From: Epithemia pelagica
Taxonomy: Eukaryota > Protista > Bacillariophyta
Assembly: GCA_946965045.2 (NCBI GenBank)
Contig: OX337229.1
Location: forward strand, 5,146,001 to 5,210,000
Direction of reading: 5' to 3'
DNA: 64,000 nucleotides
The stretch's first letter is position 1; the number at the start of each line of letters is the position of its first letter. Below the pieces are notes generated by a model that saw only the letters and a list, made by a program, of their open reading frames with translations, searched no databases and was not told where the DNA came from. The translations under genes and the position numbers were made by a program. Of this stretch, positions 21,301 to 30,888 are shown one piece after another.

Positions 21301-23549
21301 GAGTGGAGTTGGCATTAGATGGAGAGATGAATGGACCTGAGGAGGAAAGGGGCCCAGCTGAAGGCGAGGCATTGGAAGAGGAGGTAGATGAGGATGTGGA
21401 CGACGCCCATGTGGCGGACATGATGGATGAGGGTCCTGTGGAGGACCTCAACAATATGGAGGTGCCAGTCAACTTGTCCGACGAGTCAATGGAAATAGAG
21501 TTTGGGACCGACGTGGGAAGCGAGGCTGAAGGCGGCCTGTTCGAGAATGCCTTCGACGAACAGCAACAGGAAAGGGAGCCTCAATCCCATGAATACAACC
21601 TCCGCCCAAATCGGCAGCGAAGCTATGCATATCGATTCGGACACAACTTTGTTAGTCTGGATACTCTACCGAAAGGACGGTATGATGGGTACCTGCACAA
21701 AGGGACTGTTTACCTCACAAGCACGGAGGTCAATCAATCTACGCCCCAATATCCTATGAAATATGGACTAAAATTGTTTGGGAATAAAGGAGTGGAGGCC
21801 GTACGTAAAGAAATACAACAGTTGCACGACCGTGGCGTGGTACGAGCAGTGCATCGCAGTGATTTGTCGTGGCCACAAGTTCGTGCGGCCTTGGGCTACC
21901 TTATGTTTCTGAAAAGGAAACGATGCGGTAAAATCAAGGGTCGTGGTTGTGCGGATGGCCGTAAACAACGCTTGTTCATTCCGAAAGAGGACTCTGCGTC
22001 GCCAACGGTATCAACTGATGCCGTCTTCTACACAGCGATCATAGACGCGATTGAACGCAGAGCAGTCGCCGTGATTGATATCCCGGGTGCATTCATGCAT
22101 TCGGATATGGATCCGAACGTGCACATGAAGTTGGAGGGATTGATGGCGGAGCTCTTATTGGAAATTGATCCCGTTGCCTACAAACCCTACGTGACCTACG
22201 AAAAAGGGAAGCCGGTGATTTACATGGAAATGCTAAAGGCCCTTTATGGAACCCTCCGTGCAGCCAGGCTCTTTTGGGAACGACTAAGCGGAGTCCTAGT
22301 CAGCTGGGGTTTTGTGATTAATCCCTATGACTCATGTGTTGCGAATAAATGGATTGATGGGACTCAATGTACCATTACATGGCACATTGATGACCTCAAG
22401 ATTTCCCATGTGAAGGAGGATGTCCTGACCAAGATCATCGAGGACCTTAAAGCGGAATTTGGGAGGCTGGGTGAATTGTCAGTTTCTCGTGGTCGCCGAC
22501 ATGACTACCTCGGCATGTATTTGGATTATAGCGAAGACGGAGTTTTAGAAGTGGACATGCGCCCATATTTGGCCACGATCCTTGATGATCTGCCAAAGGC
22601 GATGAAAGGAAAGGCGCAGTCGCCTGCTGCAAATCATCTGACCATGATCCGAGAGAATGCCACCAAGCTGTCAACCAAAGAAGCCGAGGATTATCACAGC
22701 AGAACGATGCAATTATCGTATCTGGCCCAACGTGGACGGCCTGACATTCGAACAGCCGTAGCGTTCTTAAGTACTCGGGTTGCTAGTCCCGACGTGGACG
22801 ATCAACGCAAATTGACTCGTGTGCTGAAATACCTGCAGTCGAGCTTTGACTTGACGCTTCGGTTGGAAGCAAACCCCGATGGGATTCTAAAATGGTGGGC
22901 AGATGCTTCATATGCGACTCATGCTGATAGCAAAGGTCACAGCGGTGGTTGTATGAGCATGGGACGTGGAGTGGCCCACAGTATGTCAACCAAACAGAAG
23001 CTGGTGTCGAGGAGCTCGACCGAGAGTGAACTAATCGGCATACATGATGTACTCCCGTCACTGTTGTGGAATAGAAATTTTTTGGAAGCGCAAGGCATGA
23101 AAGTGAAAGATGTCATTTTGTTTCAAGATAACAAGAGTGCGATCCTGTTAGCCAATAATGGTCGCCTGTCAAGTTCCAAGAGAACCAAGCATATTAATGT
23201 GAGATATTTCTTTGTGAAGGATCAGATTGAAAAGAAGTTGTTACGCACCGAATTTTGTCTGACAGACGAAATGTTGGCTGATTTCTTCACCAAGCCGTTA
23301 CAAGGGACCTTGTTCTATAAGTTGCGAGATGCAGTAATGAACATTCGAAGCGATAGCCCATTCCATTCCTCACAAAGGAGTGTGTTGGGACCGGTGGACG
23401 AGCAGACCAATTCGGAAGCAAACGATGATGATGAAGATGAATCCGCGACCAAGGCCGTTGAGGAAAAATGGATCTTGGTAGAACGACGTGGCAACGAAAA
23501 GAAAGAACGGAGCATGAGTGCTCATTCTAAGGAGAATACGTTAACCTAA
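18390..23549 (+). CDS. Copia gag-pol polyprotein (1,719 aa)
   Basis: PR WVLLDNQST; IN DVMHV...FDG...AERYIRTVK; RT VIDIPGAF and WHIDDL; RH WADAS, STESE, QDNKS and ADFFTKP; IN precedes RT (Copia order). Confidence 0.97.
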   Translation: MSSNRSNTRDDARPDAAPSSNASGARSQNNQTRGSRNRGRGNRNNNGYGGNSNKFQGQEPSLKECTFDYSEDPQAKRYIRNVELLVGYIGSNFDKHNIHFQRAVEQLRLDDPDPPDRPKDTSDVIAMKEWEFAHKARQEQILLYENFRASLFSLLLGQCTPLLKDKMKAKAAYEQVFQDRDGVALLSLIKQTTFTYDSTRLYTAVTRDRLKEEFYGLRRKQNQSLQSYYEVFRAKYKVLEELNIKLYNEDFAKEIMRAKSKTRTTPNEIDKTTAQDRCVAVRFIRTCGEKDYESHLQNSFLDGNNHYPATLADAFAIIDNRMHGTRQAQGQGRHNQDSQGTGVAYHTQESDDNTLTGTTLTTTTTTQQARDGNNGAEDSAAGSTDTGNRGHGSVPSVTVHNDHESSISPAFSFTSTSLQGAVPPNWVLLDNQSTVDIIANPSILKNIHTSEQPILISSHAGSRELNQQALLPGYGLVWFDPEGPANILSLHHAKARFSIHYDSVNGNSFKLYDPSSGRLKHTFKQSPEGLFFLDVNQLHHGSFLTTVKENEESFTPQEVSRAKLARRIQGQIGRPATREFIKIVEGNLLPNVPINSQDIRRAEKLYGPDLGSLKGKTVRRKSPSVDTEQVIPPPILVEHQDVTMVMDVMHVNGIPFLLATTLKIQFGTVDALPRLNEDTLMASIKKTVAILRRGGLRPRMLLFDGALGYDGFEQRLAMLGVKLNTTAQDEHVGAAERYIRTVKDRMRSTYAMLPFKTVPRIMIIELAKFAVFWLNSFPKQNGISQTISPRELVTGEKIDFHHHCRFEFGQYVQTHEQHDNTMAPRTIGAIALRPTGNRQGSYYFLSLETGRVINRNRATVLPMPNEVLKRVEELAQVQNMIPGLAFGNRDNRPLAMDADNPLYIEDDDVSYGPNDDDESVDALRYDDEIVEEELADLDEELNQHSDFDENQGVGAVEQYDIENEGVVVPDGVELALDGEMNGPEEERGPAEGEALEEEVDEDVDDAHVADMMDEGPVEDLNNMEVPVNLSDESMEIEFGTDVGSEAEGGLFENAFDEQQQEREPQSHEYNLRPNRQRSYAYRFGHNFVSLDTLPKGRYDGYLHKGTVYLTSTEVNQSTPQYPMKYGLKLFGNKGVEAVRKEIQQLHDRGVVRAVHRSDLSWPQVRAALGYLMFLKRKRCGKIKGRGCADGRKQRLFIPKEDSASPTVSTDAVFYTAIIDAIERRAVAVIDIPGAFMHSDMDPNVHMKLEGLMAELLLEIDPVAYKPYVTYEKGKPVIYMEMLKALYGTLRAARLFWERLSGVLVSWGFVINPYDSCVANKWIDGTQCTITWHIDDLKISHVKEDVLTKIIEDLKAEFGRLGELSVSRGRRHDYLGMYLDYSEDGVLEVDMRPYLATILDDLPKAMKGKAQSPAANHLTMIRENATKLSTKEAEDYHSRTMQLSYLAQRGRPDIRTAVAFLSTRVASPDVDDQRKLTRVLKYLQSSFDLTLRLEANPDGILKWWADASYATHADSKGHSGGCMSMGRGVAHSMSTKQKLVSRSSTESELIGIHDVLPSLLWNRNFLEAQGMKVKDVILFQDNKSAILLANNGRLSSSKRTKHINVRYFFVKDQIEKKLLRTEFCLTDEMLADFFTKPLQGTLFYKLRDAVMNIRSDSPFHSSQRSVLGPVDEQTNSEANDDDEDESATKAVEEKWILVERRGNEKKERSMSAHSKENTLT

Positions 23550-23596
23550 AGAGCTTTATCGTTGCCTTTACAGCACTGCTTGGTGGTTCTCCAACA
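23383..23596 (+). repeat. 3' LTR of Copia no.2
   Basis: Direct repeat of 17481-17694. Confidence 0.97.
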
Positions 23597-24380
23597 CAGG
23601 GAACTTCCAAATCGTGAAGTCCCGTTTCGGCCTCGGGGTTGATGTCATCGTGGTCACACAAATCATGGACCGCACGAAGGATACGGAAATTTGCTCCACA
23701 TTCCGTAGCTGCGTCGTTACACTCGTTCAAACACCCATCATTGAGCAAGGCGGTGTAGGCGGCGTTACCACTTCCATCTTCGCAGACGACTGGGTCACAG
23801 AGGTCAAATTCCGGATCGGGTTGACGAAGAATGTGGCAGCCTTCACAAACGTCTTCGTAAACATGAATGCTGTCTTCGACGGGCTTGGGGAGGACATCTT
23901 CCAAACAAAAGTCATGGTGAGTACGAATGATCAAAAAGTTGGTGTGGCATACTTCCGATTCACAATTTTTGCCGCAATTGTTCTCATTCAACTTGGCCAA
24001 GGCGGAAGTCATTTGTTCCTGATCACTGCAATCAATCGTAAATCCATGCTCGGCCGCAGCACAAGCACAGCTCTCCTCGCCGTCATGGTTATGGCCGTCG
24101 TCACCCGAAGCCTCCACCAAATGCTCCCCCTTGGAGAGGATGACAGCAAAGAAAGTGGCTGCAGAGAAGAGCGATGGTTTGCCGAAAATCTTCATGGTCC
24201 AAGTCGAAAGTGTGCTAACAATGAGAGAGTTTTGTGCTTGTGAGAGAAAAAGAGGCTTTTCCCACAAAATCGTGCGATCTTTGGCCAGATCATTTCCCAG
24301 CAGAAAAGGCCTTGTCTCTTGGCCTTGCCAGTCTTGACATTTCTATATTCAATTGCCATCTGTCATACAAGAAACGCTAG

Positions 24381-25221
24381 TGTCTATTCTACCCCGGTAC
24401 TCATATGAGGACAAATCCTCATATGAGTACACTTTCAAAAGAAGAATATCAAATCAATCATGTACTCCTAAGTGGTTTTTAAGTTCAGATTCGTAATCTC
24501 CATACTTGAAAACGTACCCCTTGATATTCTCATGCTTTAATTGTGATGAGTAGTGACGATACAGTATCAAAAACAGAATTCATCCATGTTGGAGCGATGG
24601 TGATTTTCTAAGCTGAGTGTTTGGAGGGGATAAAACAGAAGACAATCAACCTGATGAGTGTTATTATCCCTAGTGTTGATGACCAGTTGTCCTTTGCCTG
24701 ATTGAGGCATCAGATTGAGAGAATTCAGCCAAAACAAGCCTCCATCACCACAGAGGAAAATTCTGAGACCGTAACAGCATTCGACACCAATACAGGGTCA
24801 AATGCGGCGTCTGAGCCTCCTGCACCCCAACACTTCATGTACAGGAAGCACAGACACCTTCAGGGAACCAGGAAAGTGCAGTGGGAGACTCAAATCCGCC
24901 AATGTCTGTGAAGACAGTTGAACTCCCTCGACAAAATGGTTGGATTTGCCCTACATAAACTGGATGGATGCATTTTCCAACACACGTAGTGTCTTGCCAC
25001 ATAAACATAGAACATAATGGTTGATTGTGGTCTATTACTTTTCTATTTTAGTTGTTCATTTTTTTGGTAGAACGGCAGATTCCCATGGTTGGGTTACATT
25101 TTTTGTCGATAGCTTCGTACAAAAGCTACTGTGGTCTACGTAGATATGATTTTAGTAGGATTGTCCTCATATGAGGACAAGCGCTGTCCTCATATGAGGA
25201 CAAACCGGGGTAGAATAGACA
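24381..25221. mobile_element. 841-bp non-autonomous TIR element, superfamily unresolved
   Basis: 17-bp TIR TGTCTATTCTACCCCGG; CTAG on both sides (24377-80 and 25222-25); single CTAG at the empty sites 34191-94 and 41451-54; subterminal CTCATATGAG palindromes. Confidence 0.9.
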
Positions 25222-25625
25222 CTAGAGCTTGTTGACTTTCGACGCGTAAAGTTGGCGAACTTGTAGGAATCACTACGAATGCGTACAGTACCTCGAACCA
25301 GCTGCCGGGATCTCCGGGTACAAAATTATCATACACTACTATCAGCTTCTGTTTTGTCTGTACTGGGTGGAGTGACGTGGCCGATGCTGGCCAGACTTCA
25401 GCGACTGACATTCGAGGTGCGACCGAGCCGCCTCCTCGACGCGAGGCGAGCATCCGATTTTGTTCCCATCGGCATTACGATTCGGATGACCGAATGCAAA
25501 GTGGATGAAGCGTGAGAAGAGCTCACTCTTCTCAGGTCCAGCATCCTTGCAACGACAACGAGACGAGTTCGAGACGATTGCAACGATCTTAGTTAGCTTA
25601 CATCTGCCTTAGCCTTCATCTTACC

Positions 25626-27731
25626 ATGACGTTTTCCGGTCCCAACCCATTCCTCGACGATCTCTTTAGCTCCAAGACCAAGTCTTCTGATCATATTGAT
25701 CGTCAAGCTTCTGCTCCCGTGGTCTCTCAGCCCACTGAGTGTCAGGACCAGAAACCTACCGCCTCCTCTTCTTCCTCCTCCAAGAACAAGAAGAAGTCGC
25801 CTCCCGTCTCCGAAGATGACGTGCTCTCCGTTGGCTCTGATTCCGATATCCAAGAGAAGCTCTTCTCGAAGATCCTTCTTTCCGACAAGAAGGATTCTTT
25901 GACCAACCTTGGAACGGACGGCGAAGCTCACCCGGACGATGAAGTGGAGAATCCTACCATCCTGGATCGCGATGCTGACTTCCCCCCCAAAAAGTTGATT
26001 GTTGGTTCCTCTCGTTACGAGTTGTACTTTTCGCCGGAATTCCTTTCACTTGGTGATTCCGACCTTGATCGTGTGTTTTCCGAACTCTCCAAGGTCAAGC
26101 CTATGGACTGGAGCGACTCCTTCGTCCGCCCCTTCCATGTGTCCCTCACGATTGATCCCTCCATTTGGGCCCAGGTTTGTGACAGTTTCCTTCGTTTGTC
26201 CTCTCCCGATGATTTACACACCTGGTTGACCACGAAGTTGAAGACCCACTCCCTTGCCTTTTTGGCAGCCTCCCGTCATGACACTCCGATTCTGTTCCAT
26301 AATCTCTGCTGTCCGGTTGATTGTGGTACTTTCGTCAACCCCAAGGTCGAGTTCTATGGCTTGGATCGCCCATCCTTCGATTCGTTACCTTTCCAGATTG
26401 AATCCAAGGATTTCGACGACCTTCTCCAAGAACACACTTTTGTTCAAGTCCCAACCATGAAAGAGATTTTGGAGCATTGTGTTATCGAAATTGACGGTCT
26501 TTCCCAGGATTCCGAGATTCCCTACTACTCTTTCGATCCCTCCAAACTCAAGACGTTGTCAGCGATCTCTCTTTCATCCGCCAAGACCGAACATGATTTT
26601 GTGTGCCCAAGCATGATCCCTTTTCCTCCTTGCTTCTCCGGTCTCATGCTCCAGAACACGGTTTCTTCTTTGGACAAAGATATCACGATTACCTTCGAAG
26701 ACTTAGCCAGCGCTGTTTACAAACTCGCCCTCTTCCATTGGTGGGGCAGTACTAGTAGAATTCCGTCAGTACACGCTCTAGAAGAGCCACAATCGATTAC
26801 CAACTGATACCAAGGTTCTCCATGGGTCAGAGAACAAAGGAAACCCAAGGGTTCTATCGTAGGGATAGTCAGGACACTGAAGACGTGATGATATGGTAAT
26901 GTTAATGATTGTGAGCTTACTACTAGGTTTGGTGTGTGAGATTTCCATTCTTGTTGTCGATCGTGTGAAATAGGTTCTTGGCGGTGATAGGTCTGGAATG
27001 GTTGGAGTTGATGTATGTGAGGTATATAACATGTATATGTGCTTGTATATCATATACAGCCTCAACGATTCTTGGCTAAAGTTGGTATATGTAGTTTTGT
27101 TGGCGCGTCCTTGTTTGCAATCTTGAAATAGTGGGAACGATGATATGGTCTCGCGTGATCGTGATCCGTGCCTTGTGTACTTAGACCGTTGGGTCGGATA
27201 CATGATCGCCACGCTCGGATAGTTCTTGCGCGCATCTTGACGAATTTGGGCGCGCACGCTTAGGGCATAGGTCAGGCTCGGATGTTCAACGGATGATCAT
27301 CCGTTGATGGGATATCAAGACCAAAGTTGATTCTTGGTAGCACGTTTGTCAATCTGTTCTCACTTTTTGGTATATGCGACCGAAATATAGGTTGAGCTAG
27401 CGCGAAGCTAGGTATGTAGTGTGGATGTAGGTGATGTAGGTGATGTTTGAAGCCACGGGACTCGACTAACCGATGAGGTGCCGAACCTAACCGATGATTT
27501 TCGGTGAGAGTTCTACTAAGTACTCCCTCTCCCTCTGTGGACGACAAGAAACTCGGTCTTCCTTTAGACCATCCATACCTCAAGATTCAAGAACCGATCC
27601 TTCGCTTTTGTTGGGTACAGATTCACAAGAAGCACTTGAAGACGATCCACAAGCTCTTTCCCATCCCCCCCCAGGGATTCTGGGAAAGCCGTTTCCACCA
27701 TTACCTCTCATTGAGCCCGAACCTTCCCTGA
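25626..27731 (+). pseudogene. ORF1 of the DIRS-like element, split by a 766-bp insertion (444 aa when restored)
   Basis: Removing 26753-27518 and one AGTAC copy joins ...HWWGST to PSPSVDDKK... in frame. Confidence 0.75.
26753..27518. mobile_element. 766-bp solo-LTR-like insertion with TA...TA ends
   Basis: 8-bp inverted termini TAGTAGAA / TTCTACTA; 5-bp TSD AGTAC at 26748-52 and 27519-23; removal restores the host ORF. Confidence 0.8.
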
Positions 27732-27732
27732 A

Positions 27733-29178
27733 TTGCCTCAGTCATCGATGATGAAACAACCTCCCATTCTCAAGAAAAGCCCTTCCCAAGCGCGCCTTTC
27801 CCAATTGCAGAATACCACTTCCGCCACGGTTGATTGTTCGGTTCCACACTCCAATGACAAATCCGGAGTCAAGATGACAGACGACGAAGGCAACGTACAT
27901 TTCGTGTCTCCAGAAATGTTTCTCCTCTCCCAGTGCATCAAGGAGGTGACCAACTCCAAGAAGACATCGAATGAGGATGACATCACGTCACCCGCCTCCA
28001 AGAGTATGTTTCGTGACATGCCGCTCTCCGCTCAGAAACAACTCTGGCTTGGATCAGTCAATCGCTCCTCATTGTCTCTCCCTGAAGATTTGCCGGATGT
28101 TGTACTAGTTGTTTGGAAGAGCAAGAACTCAGCCACGTTCTTTGAGTCTTTCGTTGCCGAAGTTTTTGACCCCATGGACAATGCCTGCACGATTTTGTTG
28201 AGTCAATGCGCGGTCATCCAGCGTTTGGGTCTTCGTTGGAAGTCAGAGGCATGTCCGGGAGGTTTAAGCCCATTCTCATTCGATCCCTATGCCATTCCTG
28301 GTTTAGATTCGAATCATACGCTTGACAAAAACATCCGACAACAAATACACGACGCGTCTCTTTGCCACCTCAACGACTTCAAACAGTCAAAAGACATGCA
28401 ACAGTTGTATACGGATCACAATCTGTTTTTCCCCAGGACCACTGAAGAATTCAAAAAACAACTCCGCTCCTTTTGGTCATGCGCCAAGGGCCTTTGTGGC
28501 TCCTCTTCCTTCATTGCTTCACAGATCCTGAAGGTCCTGAACTTCTTCCATCGATCTCAAACCCGAGTCGCCGCCAAGATGCAGAGTTCCGGCAACGAAT
28601 TTTATCTCGGCCAGTTTCTATTTGCAATTGATGAAGCAATCCAGGAATTTGTTGTGTCACTCTCAAGTGCCTCTTCTTTGTCTGACATCGGCTTCACCGA
28701 CTTAGAAGAGCGGATCAACTGGATCCTCTTCTCCGTCAAAACTGGTTCCGGCCTGGTCTCACTCCCACCTGCCCTCCAAGCCAAGTTTCAAGCTCAACAG
28801 ACAAAGAACTCACAGAAGAAACGATCTGGTGGATCAGAAGACGGCTCCCCAAACTCCAAGAGACAACAAGGATCATCCTCATCATCCTCTTCCACATCTC
28901 CCAACCCACCAGCCAAGTTCTCTTCTCCCTCCCATTGGCTGCTCCCGGAGAATAAGAATTACATGAAAGTTTTTCCGCCAAGTGTATTGACCAACATCCC
29001 ATCTGCAGAGAAAGAGGGCAAACCGATTCCCTTTTGCAACATCCTTTTCACCAAAGGAATTTGTAAAAAGGGCAAGAAGTGCAAATTCATCCACGATGAC
29101 CCAGCGAAGCACGGGAAGAAAGAAGCAATGGATGAATTCTATCGCTCTGCTTATAACACCGCCAATCCCAACAATTGA
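27733..29178 (+). CDS. Gag-like ORF of the DIRS-like element with CCCH zinc finger
   Basis: 481-aa ORF ending FCNILFTKGICKKGKKCKFIH; followed in the same frame by the RT region. Confidence 0.65.
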   Translation: MPQSSMMKQPPILKKSPSQARLSQLQNTTSATVDCSVPHSNDKSGVKMTDDEGNVHFVSPEMFLLSQCIKEVTNSKKTSNEDDITSPASKSMFRDMPLSAQKQLWLGSVNRSSLSLPEDLPDVVLVVWKSKNSATFFESFVAEVFDPMDNACTILLSQCAVIQRLGLRWKSEACPGGLSPFSFDPYAIPGLDSNHTLDKNIRQQIHDASLCHLNDFKQSKDMQQLYTDHNLFFPRTTEEFKKQLRSFWSCAKGLCGSSSFIASQILKVLNFFHRSQTRVAAKMQSSGNEFYLGQFLFAIDEAIQEFVVSLSSASSLSDIGFTDLEERINWILFSVKTGSGLVSLPPALQAKFQAQQTKNSQKKRSGGSEDGSPNSKRQQGSSSSSSSTSPNPPAKFSSPSHWLLPENKNYMKVFPPSVLTNIPSAEKEGKPIPFCNILFTKGICKKGKKCKFIHDDPAKHGKKEAMDEFYRSAYNTANPNN

Positions 29179-30617
29179 TGCCAGGACGGACTGATTGTTG
29201 CTTCATCCTTCACTCCTCTCCCTTCTCCAGACAACTCTCAGTCCGCAAGTAACAGTAGAACAAATATAAATGCAGATGAGTCTCTTTCCTCATCCTCTTC
29301 ATCCATCATTGTCCCCACGTTTCTTCCACCCCAAGCACCCCCTTCATCTTCCGCCAAGCCAAGAATTCCGACCTCGACGAATCCCTTCTTGACGAAGCAC
29401 CTCTCTCATGACTACCCTCGTTTCCCAGACACTCTCCAAGACGAAATCTCTCAGCTGTCAATTGTATCTTTGGACCGTCGTGTCTCTTTTCCGAATGACA
29501 CCGACTCCCTTCACAAGATACGTTCCTTTTCAGTTGAAGATCCCCCATCAAGTCTGCCACGCGCACCCACGACTTCGATCACCCAAGATCCTTCCGTTGA
29601 GTCCAGTCCATCTATAGCCCAATTGAATACCCCCCGCTCCCCAAGTCCCCCAAGTCACGCCACCGAAAATCTACCCTCACAAATTCAGAAAACTCCCCCC
29701 GGTAGTTCTTCTGCAATCATTGGGTCTGATTTCAAAGGAAAGCCTCTTCAGCGGAACATGCAACGATTGGAAGCAGCGAGAAAATCGGATTTGACATTAC
29801 TAGGTGAGTTATCTATTGTTCCTTGCGACGATCCCTCTCTCGAGCCATCCCCCAAGTGCTACCTTCCGAATGACGTCTCCAAGATCTTCTCCAAGCGTTT
29901 GTTCCCACCAAGACTCCAAGACGTGACCCACCCCCTCCAGCTGTCCACGATTCTATCTATCGCTTCGGACACACCACCAACCCCAAAGCCATCACCCTTC
30001 CTCCATGGGATCGATGACAAGTCAGTCATGTCCAATTCGATCCACAACTCACAGCTGATTGCTGGATTCGATCATGAGATGCAACAAGTGTTAGACAGCC
30101 ACCCTGGCTCCGTCATATCACCTGGCTCAGAATTTCGCACAGCCGAAATACTCCGCCCCTTACTCAGCGGCCATCCTTACTGGTCACGCTTCGAGCACAA
30201 CATCATTCACGGTGTCTCTTACCCTCTCACAGCTGAGGAATACGAGCCAGCCAGACTCGCCGAAAACGAGGCAATCCTCGCGTATGGCAATCACGCATCC
30301 GGCAAGAAACACCCAGAGGCTCTCTCCAAAGTTCTTTGTAAGGACGCTGCCAAAGGTTTTTCCCTACCAATAACCTTTGACTGCGCCAGGACAATCAAGC
30401 ACAGCAGGATAAGTCCCATGGGAGTAGCTCATCAACTCGGCATTGACGCAAACGGGACCTCATCCCCAAATTGCGTCTCACCCATGACCAATCCTTCTCC
30501 TTGGGCTTTTGCCCTTCCACCAACGACCTCATTGACCAAGACCGGTTGATTGATTTAGTTTTGGGGCATTGCATCAATCGCATCCTCCACCAGATCGTTA
30601 CGCTTCGTTGACATTAC
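29179..30617 (+). pseudogene. Disrupted, truncated reverse transcriptase N-terminus (DIRS-like)
   Basis: Frame is open from the gag stop; frameshift near 30455; TGA at 30609-11; breaks off at 30617. Confidence 0.7.
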
Positions 30618-30746
30618 GAAGCAGCTCAAGCGCATCAACGGGGTATTCATGGAGTCCCCTTTTTTGAATTCGAAGGAGAGCCCGCGTTTTCTGGTGCTCA
30701 AGATGTCACCACCTTTGTGAAATATCTGCGTCAATATGCATCCTGA
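30618..30746 (+). pseudogene. C-terminal fragment of the DsbA/FrnE-like gene (unit A)
   Basis: Hand translation EAAQAHQRGIHGVPFFEFEGEPAFSGAQDVTTFVKYLRQYAS-stop contains the GVPFF...SGAQ signature. Confidence 0.8.
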
Positions 30747-30888
30747 GAATGATAAGAGTTCTAGGAGAAAGGTGAAAAAGAGTTTAATAATGTAATGACA
30801 TAGTCCCACAAGAGTGTATTATTTGTTGTTTCAGCGCGCTATGTTGCCTATGAGCTAGCTGTATCCTCATGTTATTGTGACGGAAATA

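Larger units (their letters stand above)
17481..23596 (+). mobile_element. Full-length, apparently intact Copia LTR retrotransposon no.2 (CoDi-like), 6,116 bp
   Basis: Two 214-bp TG...CA LTRs that look identical; 5-bp TSD CAGGG (17476-80 and 23597-601); empty sites at 33411-15 and 40671-75; uninterrupted gag-PR-IN-RT-RH ORF; PPT-like AAAGGAGTG before the 3' LTR. Confidence 0.97.
17334..24195 (-). pseudogene. Copy 1 of the secreted Cys/His-rich two-repeat protein, interrupted by Copia no.2
   Basis: 24195..23597 and 17480..17334 match the intact ORF at 34009..33269 apart from a few substitutions. Confidence 0.9.
25354..30617 (+). mobile_element. 3'-truncated DIRS/Ngaro-like (tyrosine-recombinase class) retroelement
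   Basis: ORF1, a gag-like ORF with a C-terminal CCCH finger (C-x7-C-x5-C-x3-H), and an RT N-terminus with GNHASG, ISPMG and, after a frameshift, KLRLTHDQSF...HCINRILHQIVTLR. No RH or recombinase domain is left, so the class is inferred from RT motifs. Confidence 0.65.

Noticed and set aside
24700-25020. Possible piggyBac-like Cys-rich remnant inside the CTAG element
   Set aside because: Only scattered Cys/His across several frames with stops; not supportable by eye.
26804-26812. TGGTATCAG (Met-tRNA PBS-like) on the minus strand
   Set aside because: It lies about 50 nt inside the 766-bp insertion, is not preceded by a CA LTR end, and no gag follows.
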